Assembly (NCBI GenBank): GCA_963169815.1
Contig: CAUJDC010000055.1
Span: forward strand, 1 to 52,234
Direction: 5' to 3'
Origin: Patescibacteria group bacterium
GTDB taxonomy: Bacteria > Patescibacteriota > Gracilibacteria > UBA1369
DNA length: 52,234 nt
Shown here: piece after piece, positions 8,001 through 17,100 of the stretch
Layout of the letters: every line of letters starts with the position of its first letter
How positions within the stretch are numbered: the stretch's first letter is position 1
The notes under the pieces: model-generated
What the model saw: only the letters and a program-made list of their open reading frames with translations
What the model was told of the DNA's origin: nothing
Database searches by the model: none
Made by a program: the position numbers and the translations under genes

Positions 8001-9716
8001 GCTGAAGTCACTCCGGTTATTACTCCTGGAACAGACACTACACCGGATTATACGTTTTCAAGTGATGAAGCAGGTTCCATAACTTATGGTGGTGGCTGTA
8101 CTTCCGCAACTACCAGCGCCAGTATCGGTAGTGTGACAATCACATTCAACGCTTTGCCAACAGGTACATACGCAATGTGTACAATTACAGTTACAGATAT
8201 ACTGGGTAATATCAGTAATTTACTCAACATTACCAGCTTTACTATAGACGCAATTGTCATTCCGCCTGCCCCATCGGGCGGAGGTGGAGGCTCTGCCAGT
8301 TTTGGTCAACCTGCATGTAGTGGCAATGGATGTTCTGCCCCAAGTACACCAGTTACTCCTGTAGTACCTGCTCCGACAGCACCGGTTCAACCAAATACAC
8401 CAGTTACTCCTGTAGCACCTACTCCTGTAGCACCTGCTCCGACAGCACCGGTTCAACCAAATACACCAGTTACTCCTGTAGTACCTACTCCTGTAGCACC
8501 TATTTCACCTACTCCGACAGCACCGGTTCAACCAAATACACCAGCACCTGACAGAACTACAGATGTAACTCAGATAGCCAATGACTCATTGCCACCTATT
8601 CTCCCAACAAGCAACCAAAAATGTAATTATGATGAATTTAACAAAAAATATAATCTAACTGCCGGAACAATTTGGCAGGATAGTGATGGGGATGGACTGT
8701 CTAACAACCTAGAATGTCAGTTTGCAACAGATCCAACCAACATTGATACTGATAATGATGGACAAAGTGATAGTAATGAAGCTTTGAACCTCTTTACAGA
8801 TCCAAATAAACCCGAACAGCTCTCAACATCAAAGAACGATAACTTCGTTGTCTTATCTTTACCTGAAGACAGATTAACCACTGCAGACGAGGCTCCGATC
8901 TTCATGGGCAAAACTCAACCGGAAAATCTGGTCAATATCTTTCTATTCAATTCTGCTGATTTTGATAAATTCCGCGAAGAATTACGCACTTCTGTAAACC
9001 AAATGGAGAAGCTTTCTGAAGCAGAAAAACAGCTTTTGTATAATGAAAAATTCAATAGAATGGTGGAGTTGATTTTACAAAAGCATATCACTCAATCGCT
9101 TGACCCTAAAAAACCTGAAGAAGCAAAGTTTATTGGCAAGATTATTTCTGTTGGCAAGTCAACCGCTGACCAGAATGGAGTCTTTTTACACGATTCCAAC
9201 ATTAACCTGCGAAATAACCGTTATTTGGCTGTTGGTACTGACAATACTGTCTTCTCGAATCCTATAGAATTCACTGTAGATAGTTCACTCGCTTTCATTT
9301 CACCGGAGGCACAGACGCTTAATAATCAGAAAATTACTCCAGAAATACTGTCAGGCCAAGCAGTTTTACACATCTCATCAGATTCCAATAAACCGATCTT
9401 AACTGGTAAAGTTACGGTACCAAGCCGAGTTGTGGCGCTTTGGAAATCTTATGTAACCGGATCCGCTCTAATAGCGGACTCATTTGATCAGGAGTTCCGT
9501 ATGACTCCACCTAAAGCACTGGAACCGGGTGAACATACGGTGTATTTGACTGCTTATCGTAATACCGACAATGCGCAAAGCAAAACACAGAAAATTACTT
9601 TTATTCTGGATCCGGTGTCTGAAACTGCGACATTACCTTGGTGGGCTGTTGCAATCGTTGTCTTTATGGCTTTGCTCGGTACGGGATTCGCGATCAAGTA
9701 CCGAATGAACAAGTAA
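5022..9716 (+). CDS. Giant surface protein with a signal peptide, a CSLREA-type N-terminus, parallel beta-helix / Pmp-like GGAIY repeats, an Ig-like domain, a Pro/Thr linker, thrombospondin-type-3-like Ca-binding repeats and a C-terminal TM anchor
   Basis: Start moved to ATG 5022 (MRKQKKIRYLLTSFLVCLLTFGSALQTFA signal peptide). It has the GDCELREAV motif (5160-5177) and dozens of GGA(I/V)Y / NGGAxY repeats. The DQRGVARPQG...DIGSHEYE motif is typical of choice-of-anchor-Q type beta-helix proteins. It also has DSDGDGLSN...DTDNDGQSDSNE and ends in the hydrophobic tail WWAVAIVVFMALLGTGFAIKYRMNK. Confidence 0.85.
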   Translation: MRKQKKIRYLLTSFLVCLLTFGSALQTFAATIVVDTNDDDNTITGDCELREAVTSANSNTATDGCIAGEVSPTIDSVQFDPGMVGQTVTLTGGQLPTLTETVEVDGDITNDGVPDITIDAGGVSRVFDVNAPDVTVRGFNFLNGAQAGENGGTIRVRSAADLSLIDSTVNESPAIGTANAVNGGAISVETGADDVTLFNVDIANTSASDAGGAVYIGSDADTVLMHDVTINDTTATNGGAIFVDTENTQADPEDLELQLEYSSIQNTTATNAVVPAHGGAISLNNNVEANLDNVTIDNSQADNHGGAIYTSNETIPPTVDTDNLVMTDTSISNSTANIDNGTFNGGCIYVGDNVEALSNNNLNLNTCEGFWGGGVYVGAFAKMIINGVASLLNNSAQNGGGIYISSGANFTNDGVGALIFNSNSAALNGGAVYIQPSAASDVNINNAEFHQNQSSVGGGAIFVDADNTLNITDSEFFENNSVKGGGINAQGGAINPVNVNISNSNFEGNVASGGFDGYGGAIYAGVRTMMTLDTITTDVPDFISTGNSAGVGGGFLWMNNPGDDSTLTINNSGIHDSTAQICGALRVDSAYTPLSPPIQLHNVQFSGNTATAPGGFGGALCSQRGSILMDSVTLSNNTAVLAGGGLDLEAASGNLSTVISGTSSFIDNFSDSGGGIFVGGYGFTSELSIIGATFLSFFTGPSSSGGVIYILESDVNIDGSVFTSNDTAWVNDGGAIYNDIGNLSINNTTISHFIVNGNGGALYNRGGTNTITNSTISNNAANTSGGAVYSARSGANVTVNQSYIGENSAINGGAFYIDKGGLEVVNSTINNNQANGGNGGGFFLGTLATGINIFSTTIAHNNAFNQGGGLLISAGILVDLANTIIADNTSGVTGSNCENNGSFSASGHNLISETTDGCGTVFQPTDIINIPAHLGALDYHGGTTLNYTLLPNSPAINNGGVGQIVDQRGVARPQGVTPDIGSHEYEDNVPPTIAEVTPVITPGTDTTPDYTFSSDEAGSITYGGGCTSATTSASIGSVTITFNALPTGTYAMCTITVTDILGNISNLLNITSFTIDAIVIPPAPSGGGGGSASFGQPACSGNGCSAPSTPVTPVVPAPTAPVQPNTPVTPVAPTPVAPAPTAPVQPNTPVTPVVPTPVAPISPTPTAPVQPNTPAPDRTTDVTQIANDSLPPILPTSNQKCNYDEFNKKYNLTAGTIWQDSDGDGLSNNLECQFATDPTNIDTDNDGQSDSNEALNLFTDPNKPEQLSTSKNDNFVVLSLPEDRLTTADEAPIFMGKTQPENLVNIFLFNSADFDKFREELRTSVNQMEKLSEAEKQLLYNEKFNRMVELILQKHITQSLDPKKPEEAKFIGKIISVGKSTADQNGVFLHDSNINLRNNRYLAVGTDNTVFSNPIEFTVDSSLAFISPEAQTLNNQKITPEILSGQAVLHISSDSNKPILTGKVTVPSRVVALWKSYVTGSALIADSFDQEFRMTPPKALEPGEHTVYLTAYRNTDNAQSKTQKITFILDPVSETATLPWWAVAIVVFMALLGTGFAIKYRMNK
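8346..8549 (+). repeat. Imperfect in-frame tandem repeats (units of 51, 66 and 75 nt) encoding the Pro/Thr-rich linker of the adhesin
   Basis: The unit acaccagttactcctgtag(t/c)acct[actcctgtagcacct]gctccgacagcaccggttcaaccaaat is repeated three times and translates to TPVTPVxP(TPVAP)APTAPVQPN. It explains the repetitive spurious ORFs 8220..8456(-) and 8330..8551(+). Confidence 0.9.
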
Positions 9717-9792
9717 TGGTGCAGCCAAGAGGATTCGAACCTCTGACCTCCTCGACGTCAACGAGGCGCTCTACCAACTGAGCTATGGCTGC
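9717..9792 (-). tRNA. tRNA-Val (anticodon GAC)
   Basis: 76-nt cloverleaf on the minus strand: acceptor GCAGCCA/TGGCTGC, anticodon stem CCTCG/CGAGG with loop TTGACGT, T-arm AGAGG-TTCGAAT-CCTCT. CCA is encoded. The 3-prime end abuts the adhesin stop codon (9714-9716). Confidence 0.9.
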
Positions 9793-9885
9793 AGAGGATG
9801 CACAAATGCAAAAGGAATTTAGCTGATGAGACGGTTTTTATCAAGAATATTTAAGTTTTTCGTTGGCCTCTGTCTAGGTATTCAG

Positions 9886-9916
9886 AAAATCTGCACAGAA
9901 TTGTGTACAGATTTTT
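9886..9916. repeat. Copy 1 of a 31-nt palindromic element (AAAATCTGCACAGAATTGTGTACAGATTTTT). It could be an operator or a bidirectional terminator-like hairpin.
   Basis: 29/31 identical to the perfect palindrome at 43221-43251. The two substitutions break the hairpin symmetry. It lies between tRNA-Val(-) and the dnaJ-like gene(+), 73 nt before ATG 9989. Confidence 0.7.
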
Positions 9917-9939
9917 CAAGTGGGTTTGGGCAGGGTGGC

Positions 9940-9968
9940 TTGCCAGTGAATTAGCAATCTGTTAAATT
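9940..9968 (+). promoter_or_regulatory. Candidate sigma-70-type promoter of the DnaJ-like gene
   Basis: TTGCCA (9940-9945), a 17-nt spacer, then TAAATT (9963-9968), 21 nt upstream of ATG 9989. Confidence 0.4.
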
Positions 9969-9988
9969 TAGTGCCAGTCGATTAACTT

Positions 9989-10924
9989 ATGCAAATGGCA
10001 ACTGACTTTTACGAAATTTTGGGTGTGAAAAAGGATGCAAACGAAGCCGATATTAAAAAGGCTTATCGCAGATTAGCCATGGAATGGCATCCGGATAAAC
10101 ACAAAGGAGATAAGGCTGCTGAAGACAAATTCAAAGAGATTAATAAAGCCTACGAAACGCTGAGCGATCCGCAGAAAAAGTCAATGTATGATCAGTTTGG
10201 CGAATCTGCTTCTAATTTTGGTGGTGGAGGAGGAGGCTTTCAGGGCGGCGGTTTTGATTTTAACGGCTTTCAGGGGAATTTTGATGGACAAGGTTTTTCC
10301 GATATTTTTGAAGCTTTTTTTACTGGCTTTGGTGGTCGTCCAAACGCTCCACGCAAAGGAAGGAACCTGGAATTTGAATTAAAAGTAACTTTCGAGGATG
10401 CCGCTTTTGGTTGTGAAAAAGAATTGGTGATCACAAGACCTGGAGTTGGAGGCGAGAGAAAACAGGAAAATTTAAAAGTGAAAATTCCTGCGGGTGTCGA
10501 TACTGATTCTGTGGTGAGGCTCTCTGGTAAAGGTGATCCGGGTATGAATGGTGGGCCGCAGGGAGATCTTTATGTACACATTAGAATAGTTCCGCATAAA
10601 GAATTTGTCAGAAATAATTTTGATGTACATGGCAATACTGAGATCAGCACGTTGCAGGCGGTACTTGGTTCTGAAATTAAAGTGAAAACCATTCATGGTG
10701 AGGTAACTTTGAAAATTCCAGCTGGTACGCAGCCTGGCAAAGTTTTTAAATTAAAGAGCTATGGTGTTCAGAAACTTCATTCTGAAGAAAAGGGTGATCA
10801 TTATGTGAAGGTTAATGTGATTATTCCTGCGAAACTCTCTAAAAAGGAGAAAGAACTCTATCAAAAATTGGCAGAAGAAAGCGGAATGTCTGCTCCGACT
10901 AAAGGAAAAAGTTTTTGGGGCTAG
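9989..10924 (+). CDS. J-domain co-chaperone, class II (CbpA/DnaJ-like, no zinc-finger domain)
   Basis: J domain with HPD (DFYEILGV...YRRLAMEWHPDKHKGD), a G/F-rich region (GGGGGGFQGGGFDFNGFQGNFDGQGF) and C-terminal substrate-binding domains. The four CxxCxGxG repeats of class I DnaJ are absent. An alternative start is ATG 9995. Confidence 0.85.
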   Translation: MQMATDFYEILGVKKDANEADIKKAYRRLAMEWHPDKHKGDKAAEDKFKEINKAYETLSDPQKKSMYDQFGESASNFGGGGGGFQGGGFDFNGFQGNFDGQGFSDIFEAFFTGFGGRPNAPRKGRNLEFELKVTFEDAAFGCEKELVITRPGVGGERKQENLKVKIPAGVDTDSVVRLSGKGDPGMNGGPQGDLYVHIRIVPHKEFVRNNFDVHGNTEISTLQAVLGSEIKVKTIHGEVTLKIPAGTQPGKVFKLKSYGVQKLHSEEKGDHYVKVNVIIPAKLSKKEKELYQKLAEESGMSAPTKGKSFWG

Positions 10925-11187
10925 TTTTTTGTAATACTTTTTGTTTTTAGCCAGTTTAATTTGATGTGTGCTGGTGAGGGTACTTGTCACACTACGCCGA
11001 ATAACCTATAAATGGAGAGAATTTGATCCTCAATTAGTCGAATTGGTTAAAACCGACACTGATACTTTTGCTCAATTGTATGATTATTTCTTTCCGAAAG
11101 AAGGAAATTGAAAATGATTCACCTGAATGTGCTAGTTCAGTGTTCCAAACCAAATTTAAAAAAATATTATTATCTCAACATAAGACC

Positions 11188-14100
11188 ATGGTTAAATCAA
11201 AGACTCCGGAAGAAAAGAAATCTCGTTTATGGTCAGACTTCCGCAGGCGCGGCTGGGTAATGGTTTTAGGCGCCCTGGTATTGGTGGTACTCGCGGGCGT
11301 GGCTTCCTATCCATTTATACCTGCTCCAACAGTGATGGGTTATGAAATGAAAAATAATTTGAGAGAAATTTCTTATAATGCCCCAATTCAAATTACTTTC
11401 AATCAATGGATGAACAATTCATCTGTTGAACAGAATTTGAAGTTTGATCCAGCTCTGCCAGGTAAAGTTTCCTGGAAAGGAAATACGATGATTTACACGC
11501 CTGATGAGCCATGGAAGATTGGTGATGTTTATCAGGTGAGCATTGGTAAAGGAGCTGTGAGCTTACTGCAAAAACCATTATCTTCAGATTATAGTGAACA
11601 GATTAAAATAATTGACGCGCCAAAAGTAATTTTAATTACTCCAAATCAACCTGAAACTCCAGTAGATAGCGAAATTAATATTATGTTTGATCATCCAGTT
11701 TCTGGACTGACTACACTAGAAGAAGGTGAAAAGAATATTCCGAATATCAAAATTGATCCTCCAGTAAGTGGCCGTTGGAGATGGATTGGGACAAGCGCGA
11801 TTCAATTTATTCCAGATAAACTGAAATTGGCGACTACTTATACGGTGACTGTGCCAAAAGATTTGAAATTGCTGGATGGTGGCTCTACTACTGAAGAAAC
11901 AGTCAGTAGATTTGATACTGTAAGACCGTCAGTAGAAATGATGACAAGTGATGATGCTGCGGCTGAGACAATCGCTTCAACTAATAGTCATTTCAAACTG
12001 GTTTTTAATCAGAAAATGAATTTGGGCAGTGCTAAGAGTTTGATCAAATTGCAATTGGTGGATGGAGATAAATTTGTTGATGTAGCTTTCGACGCTCATT
12101 ATTATAATTCAGTAGATTGGAAAAATGACCTGAAATTCGACAGCAATAGAGTAGATATGAGTTCTTTCGAAGAAGTTGCTGAAGCTCCAGCAGACGACAA
12201 GACTGTGATGATTTCGCCAATCAAACAGCCAAAGCCAGAAGAGTTGGAAAAAACTTTGGTGATTGTTCCAGGAAGTAAATTAGTTGAAGGCAAGAGTTAT
12301 AGAATATTGGTACCAGAAGGAGTTCAGGGTGCTGATGGCCCACTTGGTACTACTAGTGAAAGAACTTTCACAACGAACGTTGCTGGGCCACTAGAAATGA
12401 CTGGAATGGAACAGAACTTTGATATGGATGAACTTGGTGTGCCAGTATTCTCATTCAACAATCAACTGGATCTAAGAAGTTTGCGTGGAAAAGTAAAGAT
12501 TTCTCCAGAAAATTATGATGAAGATAAGAAACCAGTTGCTCCAGTGATTTGGGGTGATTCAAGTATTACTGTAAGCTATAAATTGAAGCCTGCCAAGGAA
12601 TATAAAGTGGAAGTTGCCGCTGGTGTAAAGGATATCTTTGGCCACAGCTATGACAAACCGATTGAATTTAAATTTATTACTCCAGACTATAAACCAGCCA
12701 TGAACCTGGAATCTGGAAGTGATATCAATATTTTGGATGGTTATAAGCCTTCAGTTTTCTATGTAAAGACTACTAATGTTAATGATGTAAAAGTACAATT
12801 GAAGAAGCTTTCACTAGACCAATTTGTGAAATTTTACGGTAATGGCTGGGTTGACTATCAGTCAATAAATATGAGTGATGATGAATTTGATAAAACAGAA
12901 AATCTGCCAATTAAATTGGCAAAAAATCTGCGGGGTCATACTGAATTAAACTTGGATAAATGGAATGGTGACAAATTGGAAAGTGGCTTCTATTTCATGC
13001 AAGTTTCCAGTCCACAGGTATTGCTGGAAAAATGTAATTATGAAGGTTTTGAAACTAAATGTAAACAAGGTCCTAAACTAGAAAAAAGTCTGTTTGTAGT
13101 CAGTAAATCTGCCGTGGTCGCTAAACAGAGTGAACAGGCTGAAATGGTTTGGGTTACTGATCTTTCTTCTGGCAAGCCAGTAGAAGGGGCGAAAGTTAGA
13201 ATTATCAATAACAGCCTAACTAAAGCTGAAGGGACTACGGATTTGGATGGTATTGCCAAAATGTCAGGAGCTGATTTAAGTGGACTGGTGATTGCGGAAA
13301 GAGATGGCGACATCAGCATTTTGCATGATACTTGGAGTGAAGGAGTGGCCCCTTGGAATTTCAACATTGATGCTACTTCTAGTCTACAGCAGTATTATAT
13401 GTATCTTTACACTGAAAGACCTATTTATAGACCTGGTCAGGACGTAGAATTTAAGGGCATTTTGAGACAAGAAAGAGAATATAAATTCCATTTGCCTGAA
13501 GTTAAATCAGTTAAAGTTACTGCGACTGATTCAATTGGCAATCAGGTTTATGAAAAAGAAATACCATTAAGTAAAAACGGCACATTCTCAGGCAAATTGA
13601 GCCTTGGTGAAGCGGTTGCAACTGGTGACTATAGCTTGCAGGCAGAATTGGTATATGGAGACAAGAAGATTGCGTCTTATCCAAGTACTTTCTGGGCAGA
13701 CTTCAAAGTTTATGAATATAAGAAGCCTGAATATAAATTAGACATTACTCCAGAGCAAAAAGAATATGTGAATGGCCAAACTGCCAAGGTAAAAGTAGAA
13801 GCAGGATATTTCTTTGGCGCTCCTCTTAAGGATGCTCAGATTACTTGGACAGTGAAATCAGAAGATTACTACTTCATTATTCCAGAAGAATTAGCAGCCA
13901 AATTTACTGGTTGGTTCAGTTTTGCTGAAGAAGGATTCTTCTGTTATTGGACTTGCCGTGGGGAATCGGCCGTAGTTGCACAGGGTACTGCTAAAACAGA
14001 TGCTGAAGGCATCGCTGAGGTTACACTCCCACTGAGCCTGGGCAACAAGAAAATGAGCCAAATTTACACTTTGGAAGCGACTGTCAGTGATGCCAATAAT

Positions 14101-17100
14101 CAGAGCGTGGCAAATCGTGTGAGCTTCCCTGTCCATCAAGGTGACTTTTACATGGGGATAAGAAGTCAGGATTATGTCTTGGAAGAAAATAAACCAGCTA
14201 AATTTGAAGTGGTGACTTTGACCAATGATGGAAAAATTCTGGCTAATAAAACTTTCGATGCAACTATTTATGAAAGAAGCTGGAACACTGTAAAACGCAA
14301 GAACGTGGATGGAGGTTTCTATTATGAAAACAGCTATGAAGATAAACAGATAGAAAAGAAATCTGTAACTAGCGACGGCGAAGGCAAGGCTAACTTTGAA
14401 TTCACCATCAAGAAAGGTGGCGAATATAAAGTTGAAACTTCAGCAAAAGATGCACGTGGAAATCTAGTGAAGAGTTCTACTTCTGTCTATGTTGGTGGTG
14501 GCGACTTTATCAACTGGGGAAACGCAAATAATGATAGAATCGAATTGGTAAATGATAAGATGGAATATCAGGTTGGTGATACGGCCAAGATTTTGATTAA
14601 GTCTCCTTATAAAGGTGTGTACGCACTAGTGACTTATGAAAAAGATAAAGTCTTGGAACAAAAAGTGATTAAACTAGAAAGTAATTCTCAAACTATTGAA
14701 GTACCGATTACTGAGAAATTCTTACCAAATGCTTTTGTCTCAGTGATAGTTATGAAGGGCAACTCTTATGACGCTGGACTGAAAGAACCGATCGCTGGGG
14801 CTATTGATGAAAGACAAGTGGCTTCATTCAAAGTAGGTTACACTACTTTGCAGGTAAATACTGAAGGCAAACGTTTGAATGTGAAAATTCAGGCTAATAA
14901 AGCCAAGTATGCGCCTGGCGAAGAAGTTACATTGAGTGTGAAGACAACTGACTATTCTGGACGCCCAGTTCCTGCTGAACTTTCTTTGGGAGTTGTTGAT
15001 GAAAGCGTTTTGAGTCTGACTGAAAGCGTGACTGCGGATTTGATTAACGTTTTCTATCGCAAGAGAATGCTTGGTGTTTACTCGGCTTACTCACTGACTA
15101 AAGCTTTATCCAGAATCAATGTAGTTGTGGAAGCTGGTGAAAAAGGTGGCGGCGGTGGTGGAGTTGCTAAACGAGGACTCTTTAAGGATACTGCTTATTT
15201 TGAAAGCAGTTTGATGACTGGAAGTAATGGTGAAGGAACAGTGACTTTCAGATTGCCAGATAACCTCACTACATGGCAAGTAATGGCCATTGGTATTACT
15301 GATGATAGTACAACAGAAAAGACTTTGGTGGGCAGCAATAAGATGAGTTTCTTGGTGACTAAAGATATTTTGGTCAGACCAGTTCTACCAAGATTTATGA
15401 CTAGTGGAGATGAAATGGAAATTTCGGCAATTGTCCATAACTATACTGATAAAGATCAACCTATTAAAGTTAGCCTGGAAGCGCCAGGACTGGAACTCAA
15501 AGATGGTGCGGAAAAGTCAGTGAATGTAGCCAAAAATAGTTCGGAAAAAGTAAATTGGAAAATTAAAGTAGGTAATGCTGGAAATGTGAAACTCAGTTTC
15601 AGCGCCATCGCTAATGGTGGAGAAAAGGGCGACAGTATTGAACAAGTACTTCCTGTAAAACAACCAAGCTTCCCTACAAATGTCGCAACCAGTAGAGTTG
15701 TTGATAGCGACACTGTTAGCGCTGATAAAGTCTGGTTACCTGCCAATTTGGATTTGAGTAGAGGTAAATTAACAATCAAAGCCAGCGCGACTTTGGCCGG
15801 TTCAATCAATGATGGTTTACTATATCTGTTGAGCTACCCCTATGGCTGCACTGAGCAATTAGCGAGCGCGATTCTGCCAAACGTAACTCTGGAAAAATTG
15901 ATTAAGATTGGCAAATTCAAGACTGAAAATATTTCTGAAGAAGAATTGAAGAAAAATGTTAGCACTGGTTTACAGCAATTATATTTGAATCAAAAAGCTA
16001 ATGGTGGTTTCGGTTTATGGATGGATTCAGACGATAACGCTTATTTGACTGCCTACGTTCTTTACACTCTCAGCCAAGCCAAATCTGCTGGCTTCACAGT
16101 TGATGAAAAAGTAATTAATAATTCTATTTCTTACTTGGATAATTACATCAAGAATACTTCTCTTGATGCCAAGGGAAACTTGGTGAACAAGGCTGCTGAA
16201 GAAAGATATATAGCCAATACCAGAGCTTATGTACTCTTTGTTATGAGTGAAATTGGTAAGGGAGATTTGGGTCTAACTAAGAATCTATATAAGGTTAAAG
16301 ATAGACTTTCTCTGGCTTCAACTGCTTATTTGATGATGACATTACAAACTCTGAAAGAACCTGCTCAGGACCTCAAAGAATACTTGCAAAGCAATGCTAA
16401 ACAAACTACTCGTGGTGTAGCATTTGAAGAACAGAACTTGGATTATAGAATTTTTGACACGAATACCAGAACGACTGCCATCGTGATGTTGGCTTTATTC
16501 AGAGAAAATCAAAAGAGTCCATTGGTGCCAAAGATTTTGCAGGCTCTACTTCAGGAAAGACAGGCTGGTCACTTCCTAACTACTCAGGACACGGCTGTCA
16601 GTATGCTTGCACTGATTGAATACTTTGAAAAATCAGATGAACTTGATGCGAATTATCAGGGTCTGGTTTTGATCAATGGTGAATCAGTTTTGGATGAACC
16701 ATTCAAGTCAGATAATTTATTTGAAAGTATGGTGAAGGAAGTTCCTGTGGATAAACTCTTAAACAATAATCTCGACAATGAAATTGCCAGCAAGCGCAAT
16801 GGTAAAGGCAAAATGTATCTTGATTTGAATCTGGAATACTTCCTGCCACTTGAAGCTTTGAAGGCTAAAGACCAAGGTATTGGCGTAATTCAGGAATACT
16901 TTGCCCAAAATGATGAGAAAATGGAAAGCCCACTAAATACAGTAAAAGTTGGTGAAAATCTGCATGGAAGAATCACAGTAGTAGTGCCGAAAGATAGCTA
17001 CTATGTGATGATTGAAGATTTCTTGCCAGCAGGGCTTGAAGGTATTGATTTCAATCTGAAAACTTCTGAACAAAACTTACAGAAAGGAAAAGATGATGAT

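Noticed and set aside
8220-8551. CRISPR-like or independent coding repeats (ORFs 8220..8456(-) and 8330..8551(+) with repetitive translations)
   Set aside because: The repeats are in-frame tandem units inside the adhesin gene and encode a Pro/Thr linker. There are no unique spacers of CRISPR type, and the alternative-frame ORFs are artefacts of the repeat.
9886-9916. Interpreting the 31-nt palindrome as a canonical LexA (SOS) box, CIRCE or NrdR box
   Set aside because: Spacing and sequence do not match CTGT-N8-ACAG, CGAAC-N4-GTTCG, TTAGCACTC-N9-GAGTGCTAA or NrdR boxes. Only the CTGT/ACAG half-sites resemble LexA boxes, so no known regulator can be assigned.
4950-11187. Long N-terminal extensions given in the ORF track: TTG 4950 for the adhesin, TTG 11068 for A2M, 33799 for recA, TTG 19167 and TTG 26824
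   Set aside because: The extensions precede good signal peptides or conserved N-termini. In the adhesin and recA cases they would overlap the predicted promoters. Internal ATG starts fit better.
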